In this document: positions 16,719-24,000 of the stretch, piece by piece
Layout: each line of letters opens with the position of its first letter
Position numbering within the stretch: position 1 is the first letter of the stretch
From: Spirulina subsalsa CS-330
GTDB lineage: Bacteria > Cyanobacteriota > Cyanobacteriia > Cyanobacteriales > Spirulinaceae
NCBI RefSeq assembly: GCF_028330765.1
Contig: NZ_JAQMTY010000079.1
Location: forward strand, 20,868-44,867
DNA length: 24,000 nt
Reading direction: 5' to 3'
The notes under the pieces: model-generated
Told to the model about the DNA's origin: nothing
The model's input: only the letters and a program-made list of their open reading frames with translations
Databases searched by the model: none
Made by a program: the position numbers and the translations under genes

Positions 16719-18656
16719 ATGACCGAGACTCAAACAACCCATTCAGACCAATTACAGGAACTTTATAACGGGGTTGCATGGGTGCGATCGCACCTCAGCC
16801 ACTATCTCGAATCCGGTCAAGTGCAGCGCGACCATCCGCCGCCGCCCGTATCACGCTTGGCGAGTCTGTCGCAGCGGTTGGGGTTGTCTTCGTTTGAAGC
16901 GAAAATTGTGCTGCTCTGTGGGGCGATGGAACTTGATCCCCATGGTGCGACCCTCTGCGCTCAGATGATGGGCAACCCAGACCATAGCTATCCGACTCTG
17001 GCGCTGGCGTTGATGTTGTTTCCCGATGCGGCGTGGGATGTGCTGTCGCCCCAATGTCCGTTGTTACGGTGGCAGGTGGTGAAGCTGGATGCAACGTTGG
17101 GATTGACCCGCGCTCGGTTGACCCTTGACCCTCGGATTTTGTGCGATTTACTGGGCGTGCCTGCGTTCGATCGCGCCCTAGCTCCTTGGATTCATCCCCT
17201 CAGCCTCGAAACCATCGCCCTGCCGCCGTCCCAGCAAGCGATCGCCGATCAAGTCATCCCCGTCTGGCGTTCCGGTCAGTATCCCCTGGTGCAACTGTGC
17301 GGCACAGATCGCCAGGCCAAACGTGCGATCGCCCTCACCATTGCCCAGACGTTAGGCTTGCAGATTTATCAACTCCCGATTAGTAATCTGAGCAGCGATC
17401 GCGACACCCTCACCACCCTAAAGCAGCAATGGTTGCGGGAAGCCATTCTCAGCCAAGCGATCCTCTTGATTGATGCCGATGCCCAAACCCAGCCGGAGCA
17501 AAAAATCGCGATCGCGTCCTTTGTCGCCGGCCTCCCCGTTCCTCTGATCCTGAGCAACCAAAGCCGCCAACCCCTCAACGAAACCAGCCTCACCTTTGAA
17601 TTGCGCCCCCTCCCCTACCGCGAAAAGCGGCAACTGTGGCACACCTATCTCGGCGATCGCGCCGCCGATCTCAACGGCCACCTCGATCCCCTCGTTGCCC
17701 AATTCAGCCTCAACAGCCACACGATCCAAGCGGCCTGCGCTGCCGTCCAAGATGTCCCCAGCCCCGATTTAAGCGATCGCCTCTGGCACTATTGCCGCAC
17801 CCAAGCCCGCCCCCAACTCGACCACCTCGCCCAGCGCATCCACTGCACCGCCACCTGGGACGACCTCGTCTTGCCCGATCGCGAACGTACCATCCTCCGC
17901 GACATCGCTACCCACGTCAAACAACGCGCCAAAGTTTACGAAAAATGGGGGTTCGCCGCCAAAAGTGTTCGGGGGCTGGGGATTACGGCTCTCTTTGCCG
18001 GGGCCAGTGGGACGGGGAAAACCATGGCCGCCGAAGTGCTGGCCCAAGAATTCCAACTCGATCTCTATCGCATTGATCTCAGCGCCGTTAGTAGTAAATA
18101 CATTGGCGAAACCGAGAAAAATCTCCGCCAAATTTTCGACGCTGCCGAAGCCGGATCAGCCGTTTTACTCTTCGATGAAGCTGATGCTTTATTTGGCAAA
18201 CGAACGCAGGTAAAAGATAGTCACGATCGCCACGCCAATTTAGAAGTGAGTTACCTCTTACAACGGATGGAATCCTATCAAGGCTTGGCGATTTTAACCA
18301 CCAATCTCCGCGATTCCCTCGATCAGGCCTTTGTGCGGCGGCTCCGGTTTATGCTCACCTTTCCGTTTCCCAAGGCAGAACATCGTTACGCCATCTGGCA
18401 GCGCATTTTTCCCCCTCAAACCCCCACCCAGGCGTTGGATTATGACGAATTGGCCCAGCTTGAAGTAGCGGGGGGAAATATTCGAGCGATCGCCCTCAAT
18501 GCCGCCTTCGTTGCCGCCGAAGCCCATGAGCCGATCCAAATGAAACATCTCCTCAAAGCCGTGCGCGTCGAATATTTAAAAATCGGTCAACCCTTAACCA
18601 ATATCGATCTTGAGGTATGGCTCGATCCGGAAAACGTCACCGCATCCGCATCATAA
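16719..18656 (+). CDS. AAA+ ATPase, N-terminal variable region plus C-terminal single AAA module (copy 1)
   Basis: 645 aa. Walker A is GASGTGKT (18000-18023) and Walker B is VLLFDEAD (18162-18185). SKYIGETEKNLRQIF and DRHANLEVSYLLQRME..GLAILTTN are typical of the CDC48/FtsH-like AAA clade that, to my recollection, includes eCIS Afp15/Pvc15-type ATPases. Confidence 0.88.
   Translation: MTETQTTHSDQLQELYNGVAWVRSHLSHYLESGQVQRDHPPPPVSRLASLSQRLGLSSFEAKIVLLCGAMELDPHGATLCAQMMGNPDHSYPTLALALMLFPDAAWDVLSPQCPLLRWQVVKLDATLGLTRARLTLDPRILCDLLGVPAFDRALAPWIHPLSLETIALPPSQQAIADQVIPVWRSGQYPLVQLCGTDRQAKRAIALTIAQTLGLQIYQLPISNLSSDRDTLTTLKQQWLREAILSQAILLIDADAQTQPEQKIAIASFVAGLPVPLILSNQSRQPLNETSLTFELRPLPYREKRQLWHTYLGDRAADLNGHLDPLVAQFSLNSHTIQAACAAVQDVPSPDLSDRLWHYCRTQARPQLDHLAQRIHCTATWDDLVLPDRERTILRDIATHVKQRAKVYEKWGFAAKSVRGLGITALFAGASGTGKTMAAEVLAQEFQLDLYRIDLSAVSSKYIGETEKNLRQIFDAAEAGSAVLLFDEADALFGKRTQVKDSHDRHANLEVSYLLQRMESYQGLAILTTNLRDSLDQAFVRRLRFMLTFPFPKAEHRYAIWQRIFPPQTPTQALDYDELAQLEVAGGNIRAIALNAAFVAAEAHEPIQMKHLLKAVRVEYLKIGQPLTNIDLEVWLDPENVTASAS
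17998..18592 (+). repeat. ~0.6-kb dispersed direct repeat, copy A (3' part of AAA+ gene 1)
   Basis: Collinear with 23297-23891 at a constant offset of 5299 nt with no indels seen. My manual count gives about 23 mismatches over ~595 nt. Confidence 0.85.
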
Positions 18657-18901
18657 TCAGGGGCGATCAACTATCTGGCTAACGTGAGTTTGATGAACAG
18701 AAAGGGGCAAGAAAAACGCTGAGACTGAAAAAAAGAAAGCCCCGACTCAGCAATAAATACCAATTCAACCCAAGAAAACCGTCTGGATGTGACATTCCGC
18801 AAGTTACTCAAACATTGCTCCATCAATGGTGCGTCAGATTGATGAATTCATGATGATATATAGCGATCTTAAATCAATCGGAGATCTTATCTCCTCATCA
18901 A

Positions 18902-18921
18902 CAAGGGGCTTCAGCCCCTTG
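18902..18921. terminator. Perfect 8-bp hairpin between convergent genes (possible bidirectional terminator)
   Basis: caaggggc ttca gccccttg. A second small hairpin, ggagat ctt atctcc, lies at 18880-18894. There is no clear T run on either side. Confidence 0.3.
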
Positions 18922-19035
18922 CCTGTTCATGAATCAAATAGGATTGCTATAGAGGGTTGAATGGTCTGACGCATCATTCAGTACCATCATTTGTCTGAAC
19001 CTGCGGAAAGTGAGTTAGAACCCTCTGCCATCTGG

Positions 19036-21669
19036 CTAAACCTCGCTTTTCTGCGACTTCTTGCGGTTATTCGTGAGGGTTTCAATCCGATTAAAGAGCA
19101 ATGTTTGCTCTTTAAACGCTTGATCATAGACATGGCGAATTACATCCTGGGTGTTGGGATCATTCTTGCCGTTGGGGTCAAACTCTGGATAAGCTGCTTC
19201 GCAGCAATTTATAATATCGATGATGGCTGGCAAGAGTTTTCTGATCGAAGTTCGTGAGTCATAATCAGTTTTTGTCTTTTGACGATGGTAGTACGACATT
19301 GCCTCAGCAAGTTCGTTTAAATTGAAGGTAGATTGTTCATAAGAACCAGACACCGGCTTGCCTGGAATAAAGTTCAATTTCTTAATAAGTATATCTCTCA
19401 ACATGATTTGTGTACCAAACTGGCGATGTTTTTCAGCGGCATTATCATACATTTCGCCCTGTTGTAAAGTTCCTTTTGGACTAGGCAGTTTTCTTTCAGT
19501 TTTAGGTTTAAGTTTTGCTTGAGTTTTAGGTTGTTTGATTTCTACTTCTGTATTTTTTTGAGGACTAGAACCTTCCCCAGAAGTTGCAGAATTTTGGTTT
19601 ACATTTTTTGTCGAGCTATCTTGAGCATTGTCCGCAGAGGATTTCTTCTTCAGTGCAGATAACAGTTTGTCTGATTCATCCTCAATATTGCTGTAGATCG
19701 ATCTAGCGCAAGTTGCAGGGCAGTCCTTCGCTTCTTTTGGGCTAATGCAATCCCAATAATCACCCGTAATTCGGCTCATCTGATCGAGTAAATTAAGGGC
19801 ATCAGTAAGATTGCTTATTCCCTTTGAATTTTGATCCCGGAATTTTTCATACTCCTGCAAAATATTGATCATCTGGCTATGGGACTGGATATAGTCTTCC
19901 TTCTGTGCATGATCACCATTACTCATTTTATAGTCAAAGACCGCCGCTTCTTGCTTTTCAAATTCCGCTGCGGTCATGATCTCATTAGTCAAGAAATATT
20001 GAGTTGAGTCTATTTCAGTGGCATCCTCTTGACCCTGAGCCGTTTGGCGATCGCTCCCTCCACTCTGTTTGCCATCCTCAATTTTAACCTTTTCACCCTG
20101 ACCTTCTTGCAAGCTGGGAGGTTTAATCGTCACATCTACTTCTAGATCTTCCGGTGCAAGATGTTCAAAATTATCAATAAGTGACTGATAATCTTCTATA
20201 CTTCCTTTGATATCTTTGAGGGTTTCAAATATTCCTTCCATGTATACGGGAGGTTCTTGTATTTCTTTGTAAATATTGGCGGGTTTTAGGAGCTTGCTGT
20301 GAATCTTAAATACGATCGTCAGAAGACTAGACACAGTAGTATCTTCGCCAAATGATTTGATGTATTCAGAACAAGGTTCAACCAAACCTTGTTCAATCAA
20401 AGTCTTGAGAGACAAAATCATTTTAATTTGATCAACAACGCTCATGCCTCCCTGTTTAGCAAAAAATGCTTGTCTTGCTTGTATAAACATTTTAAAACCA
20501 TTATCAATTACGGCAAACCTTTCATTTTTTCGAGAGCCAAAGAAAGGAGTTGTTTTTTCAATAAAGTAATCTAGCGGCATCAAATTAATTTGCACCGCAG
20601 CCACCATGTCTTGAAGATCAAGATCTCGTTGATTTTCGATGGTAGTTATTGCTTTAAAGGAATCTTTGACTTCTGATTTAAAACTAGCTAGATTCTGTTG
20701 GTTAGATAAGGCAAATTGAATCTCTTCAGCGACGTGTGCTTTCATATTCGTTTCAACGGCTGTATTTGCTGGTAAAGCTTGGATTTTTTTAAGCATATTC
20801 AAGCATTGACTAGACTGCTTAATCAAGCCATCAAAGTCTGCCTCAATTGTCTTCAAAACATTGCGACGCTCCTTAGGGGGAATACTTTTACCACTCTTCT
20901 TCGCTTGATCGCCAATAATTTGATCTACTTTATTATGTAAATCGTAAACTTTTTGAAGACAACTGATATTAAACGTCAAATAATTTTTGTAGAGGTCTTG
21001 AAGGGTTCCCAAATTATTCACTTGAGACTCTTGTTTCTGGACGGATTGGGAGCCGCCGGATTGCTGTACCACATGGGTTAATTCGTGGGCGATTAATTCC
21101 TGACCTGCTGTGCTGTTGGGGTTGTATTCGCCTTGGCGGAAAAATACGTCTTGCCCGGTGGTAAACGCCTTAGCTTGGATGGCGGTATTGAGTTGATCGG
21201 ACTGGCCATTGGTATGAATCCGCACGTTGCTAAAATCTGCCCCCATGGCCTGGCCCATGGATTCCTGCAAATTCGTGTCTAGAGATTGACCCCCTCCCTT
21301 GGCCCGTTGAATCCCAGTTTCCACATCCGCAGCAACAGCCCCGCCTCCTAAATTTCCCTGAGCCTGCATGACTCCCGCAAGGGGTGAAGGGGTGAGATTG
21401 CGGCCAACGGGTTGAATCGGGGTGGATTTCGTTTGGACGGTGGGGGCATTGATGGCCTGTACCACTTGTTTGGCGGTGGCATCGGCTTCCTGTTCGTAGC
21501 GATCGCCCACCTCCCCCAAGGTTAACTTCGCCTGAACCGGCAGCAGGCCAGAACCCTCGACCGCCACCACCGATGGTGGCACAGCGCGGGGTGAAGGGGC
21601 TAGATGGGAAGCCTTTTTTTGGACGGGCGGCACAAAAGGACGAGACTGTTGAACTTGATTTTTAGCCAT
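19036..21669 (-). CDS. DUF4157-like HExxH domain protein with a ~650-aa AT-rich, mostly helical C-terminal extension (copy 2)
   Basis: 877 aa. The N-terminal motif is GDRYEQEADATAKQVV. The core GGGQSLDTNLQESMGQAMGADFSNVRIHTNGQSDQLNTAIQAKAFTTGQDVFFRQGEYNPNSTAGQELIAHELTHVVQQ has HELTH encoded at 21073-21087 and looks about 70% identical to copy 1 by eye. The rest has no recognisable family. Confidence 0.82.
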   Translation of the reverse strand: MAKNQVQQSRPFVPPVQKKASHLAPSPRAVPPSVVAVEGSGLLPVQAKLTLGEVGDRYEQEADATAKQVVQAINAPTVQTKSTPIQPVGRNLTPSPLAGVMQAQGNLGGGAVAADVETGIQRAKGGGQSLDTNLQESMGQAMGADFSNVRIHTNGQSDQLNTAIQAKAFTTGQDVFFRQGEYNPNSTAGQELIAHELTHVVQQSGGSQSVQKQESQVNNLGTLQDLYKNYLTFNISCLQKVYDLHNKVDQIIGDQAKKSGKSIPPKERRNVLKTIEADFDGLIKQSSQCLNMLKKIQALPANTAVETNMKAHVAEEIQFALSNQQNLASFKSEVKDSFKAITTIENQRDLDLQDMVAAVQINLMPLDYFIEKTTPFFGSRKNERFAVIDNGFKMFIQARQAFFAKQGGMSVVDQIKMILSLKTLIEQGLVEPCSEYIKSFGEDTTVSSLLTIVFKIHSKLLKPANIYKEIQEPPVYMEGIFETLKDIKGSIEDYQSLIDNFEHLAPEDLEVDVTIKPPSLQEGQGEKVKIEDGKQSGGSDRQTAQGQEDATEIDSTQYFLTNEIMTAAEFEKQEAAVFDYKMSNGDHAQKEDYIQSHSQMINILQEYEKFRDQNSKGISNLTDALNLLDQMSRITGDYWDCISPKEAKDCPATCARSIYSNIEDESDKLLSALKKKSSADNAQDSSTKNVNQNSATSGEGSSPQKNTEVEIKQPKTQAKLKPKTERKLPSPKGTLQQGEMYDNAAEKHRQFGTQIMLRDILIKKLNFIPGKPVSGSYEQSTFNLNELAEAMSYYHRQKTKTDYDSRTSIRKLLPAIIDIINCCEAAYPEFDPNGKNDPNTQDVIRHVYDQAFKEQTLLFNRIETLTNNRKKSQKSEV

Positions 21670-21811
21670 GGTGTCACCTATCGAAGCTGAGGAATATACG
21701 GAATCTATGCGGAATTTTGCCCTCAGTTTTGATCGGGCATTACGGGAGTTTATAACATCATGAGAGGTGAATTGAAATACGACTTTAGTCTAGATTTTTA
21801 AATCACCTTCT

Positions 21812-21840
21812 ATTGTTTTCACTTGACAAGTGAAAACAAT
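21812..21840. promoter_or_regulatory. Perfect 13-3-13 inverted repeat (candidate operator) in the divergent promoter region
   Basis: attgttttcactt gac aagtgaaaacaat, read directly from the sequence. It contains TTGACA (21823-28), and a TACAAT hexamer lies at 21851-56. Confidence 0.5.
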
Positions 21841-21948
21841 TCTGGTTCGTTACAATGTGGGTAAATAGTAAATCTTGAAAAGAAGTGAATCTATCATTGA
21901 TAACTCAAAAGAGATACTTGTTTAAAACCGATTCAGCGATATAAAGCG

Positions 21949-23946
21949 ATGAATAATGATTGGCACGCCGTCAATTCACAATCCTTGATTGAAAATGTTA
22001 ATCAGCTTCAGCAGTTTTTAGAACGGCGGTGGTCTGCTCAACAAAACCCCGACGAGGATATCGGGGGAGATCGTGATCCCATGATCCAGATCCCGGCACT
22101 TTCCCCCCCTTCCCGCCTAGAAACGCTTTACACCACATTTAACCTCTCTCCCTTTGAACTGAATTCGCTGCTCATGGCCGTTGGCGTTGCCCTTTTTCCC
22201 CGGTTTTCTGCCCTCTGTGCCAGCTTCAACCATAACCCCCAGATGCCCTATCCCACCTTTGGCCTGGGGTTACAACTTTTTGCCCATGCCCATTGGAATG
22301 CTTTCACACCCCAAGGGCCCCTCCGCCGTTGGCAACTCCTGGATGTGGGAACTGGCCCAGTCATTACCCAATGCCCGCTGCAAATCGATGAAACGATTTT
22401 GCATTACTTGATGGGGGAACCCTACCAAGACGATCGCCTCGCTTCCTTCATGAGTCCCCTGGTGGCGGATACGGCGGCAATGTTGCCCCCCTCCCATGCT
22501 CAGATTGTGGAGAACCTGTTAACACTGCTGACGGCTGAGACTCCGGGGATGGTGCAACTGTGTGGTGTGGAGCATAGTGATAAACGGGCGATCGCTGCCG
22601 CTGTGGGGGAAGCTCTCCAGAGACCTGTGAAAATTTTATGGGGCGATCGCCTCCCCACCGACCGGGACAACCTCCGCTACATCACCCAACGCTGGCAACG
22701 GGAAGCCGCCCTCACCCAAAGCTTGTTAATTCTCGATCTTGACGGCTTCAATTTTGCTGATGGGGCCAAAGGGGCGATCGCCACCCAACTGATCACCGAT
22801 CTGCCACCCCCCCTGCTCATCTTCACGGAAGAACGCATCCAAAGCCCCCGCCATCCCCTCATTACCCTTGAAATCCTCTCCCTCACCTATCAAGAACAAC
22901 TGGATCTCTGGCAGCGGAACCTAGGTGAGGCGACCCACCTCCTCAGTGGTGAGTTAGGGATGATGGTGTCACAATTTAACCTCAGTCCCCAGGCGATTCA
23001 AGCCGCTGCCCATCATCTTCAAAAACAACCTCAAACCGAGTCAACCTCCACCGCATCTCCCTCGATCATTGCCCAACAACTGTGGCAAATTTGCCGCACC
23101 ATGGCCCGCCCCCGCTTAGATGACCTTGCCCAACGCATTGATACTAAAGCCACTTGGTCAGATTTGGTTTTACCGGAAAATCAACTGAAAATTTTGCAGC
23201 AAATTGCTGTCCAACTGCGTCAACGGTCTAAGGTCTATCAAGAATGGGGCTTTGCGGCTCAAAATAATCGCGGTTTAGGGATGACGGCGTTATTTTCCGG
23301 GGCCAGTGGGACGGGGAAAACCATGGCCGCCGAAGTGCTGGCCCAAGAATTCCAACTCGATCTCTATCGCATTGATCTCAGTGCCGTGAGTAGTAAATAC
23401 ATTGGCGAAACTGAGAAAAATCTCCGCCAAATTTTCGACGCTGCCGAAGCCGGATCAGCGGTTTTACTCTTCGATGAAGCTGATGCTTTGTTTGGCAAGC
23501 GGAGCGAGGTGAAAGATAGCCACGATCGCCACGCCAATTTAGAAGTGAGTTACCTCTTACAACGGATGGAATCCTATCAAGGCTTGGCGATTTTAACCAC
23601 CAATCTCCGCGATTCCCTTGATCAGGCCTTTGTGCGGCGGCTCCGGTTTATGCTCACCTTTCCGTTTCCCAAGGCAGAGCATCGTTACGCCATCTGGCAG
23701 CGCATTTTCCCCCCTCAAACCCCCACCCAGGCGTTGGATTATGACGAATTGGCCCAGCTTGAAGTAGCCGGGGGAAATATTCGAGCGATCGCCCTCAATG
23801 CCGCCTTCAATGCCGCCGAAGCCCATGAGCCGATCCAAATGAAACATCTCCTCAAAGCCGCCCGCGTCGAATATTTAAAAATTGGTCAAGCCCTGACGGG
23901 GATTGATCTAGATGCGTGGTTGGAGCCGCAACGGGTCGAAAACTGA
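21949..23946 (+). CDS. AAA+ ATPase, N-terminal variable region plus C-terminal single AAA module (copy 2)
   Basis: 665 aa. Walker A is GASGTGKT (23299-23322) and Walker B is LLFDEAD. The C-terminal ~200 aa are nearly identical to copy 1, while the N-terminal ~450 aa are only distantly similar (e.g. YPTFGLGLQLF / PLRRWQLL versus YPTLALALMLF / PLLRWQVV). Confidence 0.88.
   Translation: MNNDWHAVNSQSLIENVNQLQQFLERRWSAQQNPDEDIGGDRDPMIQIPALSPPSRLETLYTTFNLSPFELNSLLMAVGVALFPRFSALCASFNHNPQMPYPTFGLGLQLFAHAHWNAFTPQGPLRRWQLLDVGTGPVITQCPLQIDETILHYLMGEPYQDDRLASFMSPLVADTAAMLPPSHAQIVENLLTLLTAETPGMVQLCGVEHSDKRAIAAAVGEALQRPVKILWGDRLPTDRDNLRYITQRWQREAALTQSLLILDLDGFNFADGAKGAIATQLITDLPPPLLIFTEERIQSPRHPLITLEILSLTYQEQLDLWQRNLGEATHLLSGELGMMVSQFNLSPQAIQAAAHHLQKQPQTESTSTASPSIIAQQLWQICRTMARPRLDDLAQRIDTKATWSDLVLPENQLKILQQIAVQLRQRSKVYQEWGFAAQNNRGLGMTALFSGASGTGKTMAAEVLAQEFQLDLYRIDLSAVSSKYIGETEKNLRQIFDAAEAGSAVLLFDEADALFGKRSEVKDSHDRHANLEVSYLLQRMESYQGLAILTTNLRDSLDQAFVRRLRFMLTFPFPKAEHRYAIWQRIFPPQTPTQALDYDELAQLEVAGGNIRAIALNAAFNAAEAHEPIQMKHLLKAARVEYLKIGQALTGIDLDAWLEPQRVEN
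23297..23891 (+). repeat. ~0.6-kb dispersed direct repeat, copy B (3' part of AAA+ gene 2)
   Basis: See copy A at 17998-18592. Confidence 0.85.
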
Positions 23947-24000
23947 GGGGGAGCCAGAAATCAAGGGGAGCGATCGCGCCGAAATTGGGCGGTGAGAGGT

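Noticed and set aside
18991-19257. 88-aa plus-strand ORF at the 3' end of HExxH gene 2
   Set aside because: It starts at TTG and is mostly antisense to the 877-aa CDS. AT-rich DNA would not normally keep long frames open, but at 88 aa with no motifs it is weak.
21823-21856. TTGACA ... TACAAT as a canonical sigma70 promoter for AAA+ gene 2
   Set aside because: The hexamers are good matches, but the spacer is 22 nt rather than the optimal ~17. They are reported only as context for the palindrome, not as a promoter call.
15553-23946. Calling the region a complete extracellular contractile injection system (eCIS) locus
   Set aside because: I looked for sheath-, tube-, baseplate (gp25/J)-, VgrG-, PAAR- and tail-fibre-like proteins in all six frames of the ORF track and found none. 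Only the cargo-like and ATPase-like components are present, so the eCIS link is kept as a hypothesis.

Overview
Cyanobacterial chromosomal DNA. The evidence is many HIP1 GCGATCGC octamers, high GC, and the lineage-typical genes acsF and a COP23-like gene. Positions 1-15.3 kb hold a mostly ordinary gene mix: a yciO-like YrdC-family gene, larC, an ftsW-like SEDS gene, a membrane protein, msrA, a COP23-like secreted protein, a PhyH-like oxygenase, an hxlR-type regulator, acsF, a GST, exbB-exbD and an araC-type regulator. Two items in this part are unusual. One is a Rho_N/DUF4912-like protein carrying a ~270-aa Met/Gly/Ser nested tandem repeat, transcribed divergently from msrA. The other is an AT-rich vapBC cassette bracketed by 21-bp direct repeats. 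The stand-out region is 15.5-24 kb, which carries two copies of a two-gene module. Each module pairs a DUF4157-like HExxH-domain protein with a ~650-aa AAA+ ATPase. The HExxH proteins share a GC-rich N-terminal part but have unrelated, AT-rich C-terminal extensions (339 and 877 aa total). The two ATPase genes are about 96% identical at DNA level over their last ~0.6 kb, starting sharply at the Walker A codons, while their N-terminal halves are strongly diverged. The second pair is divergently transcribed around a perfect 13-3-13 palindrome. This layout recalls polymorphic effectors plus an Afp15/Pvc15-like loader ATPase of extracellular contractile injection systems (eCIS). However, no sheath, tube or baseplate genes and no clear immunity genes lie in the window, so the function is open. 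All calls rest on reading the ORF translations and the DNA by eye; no database searches were run.
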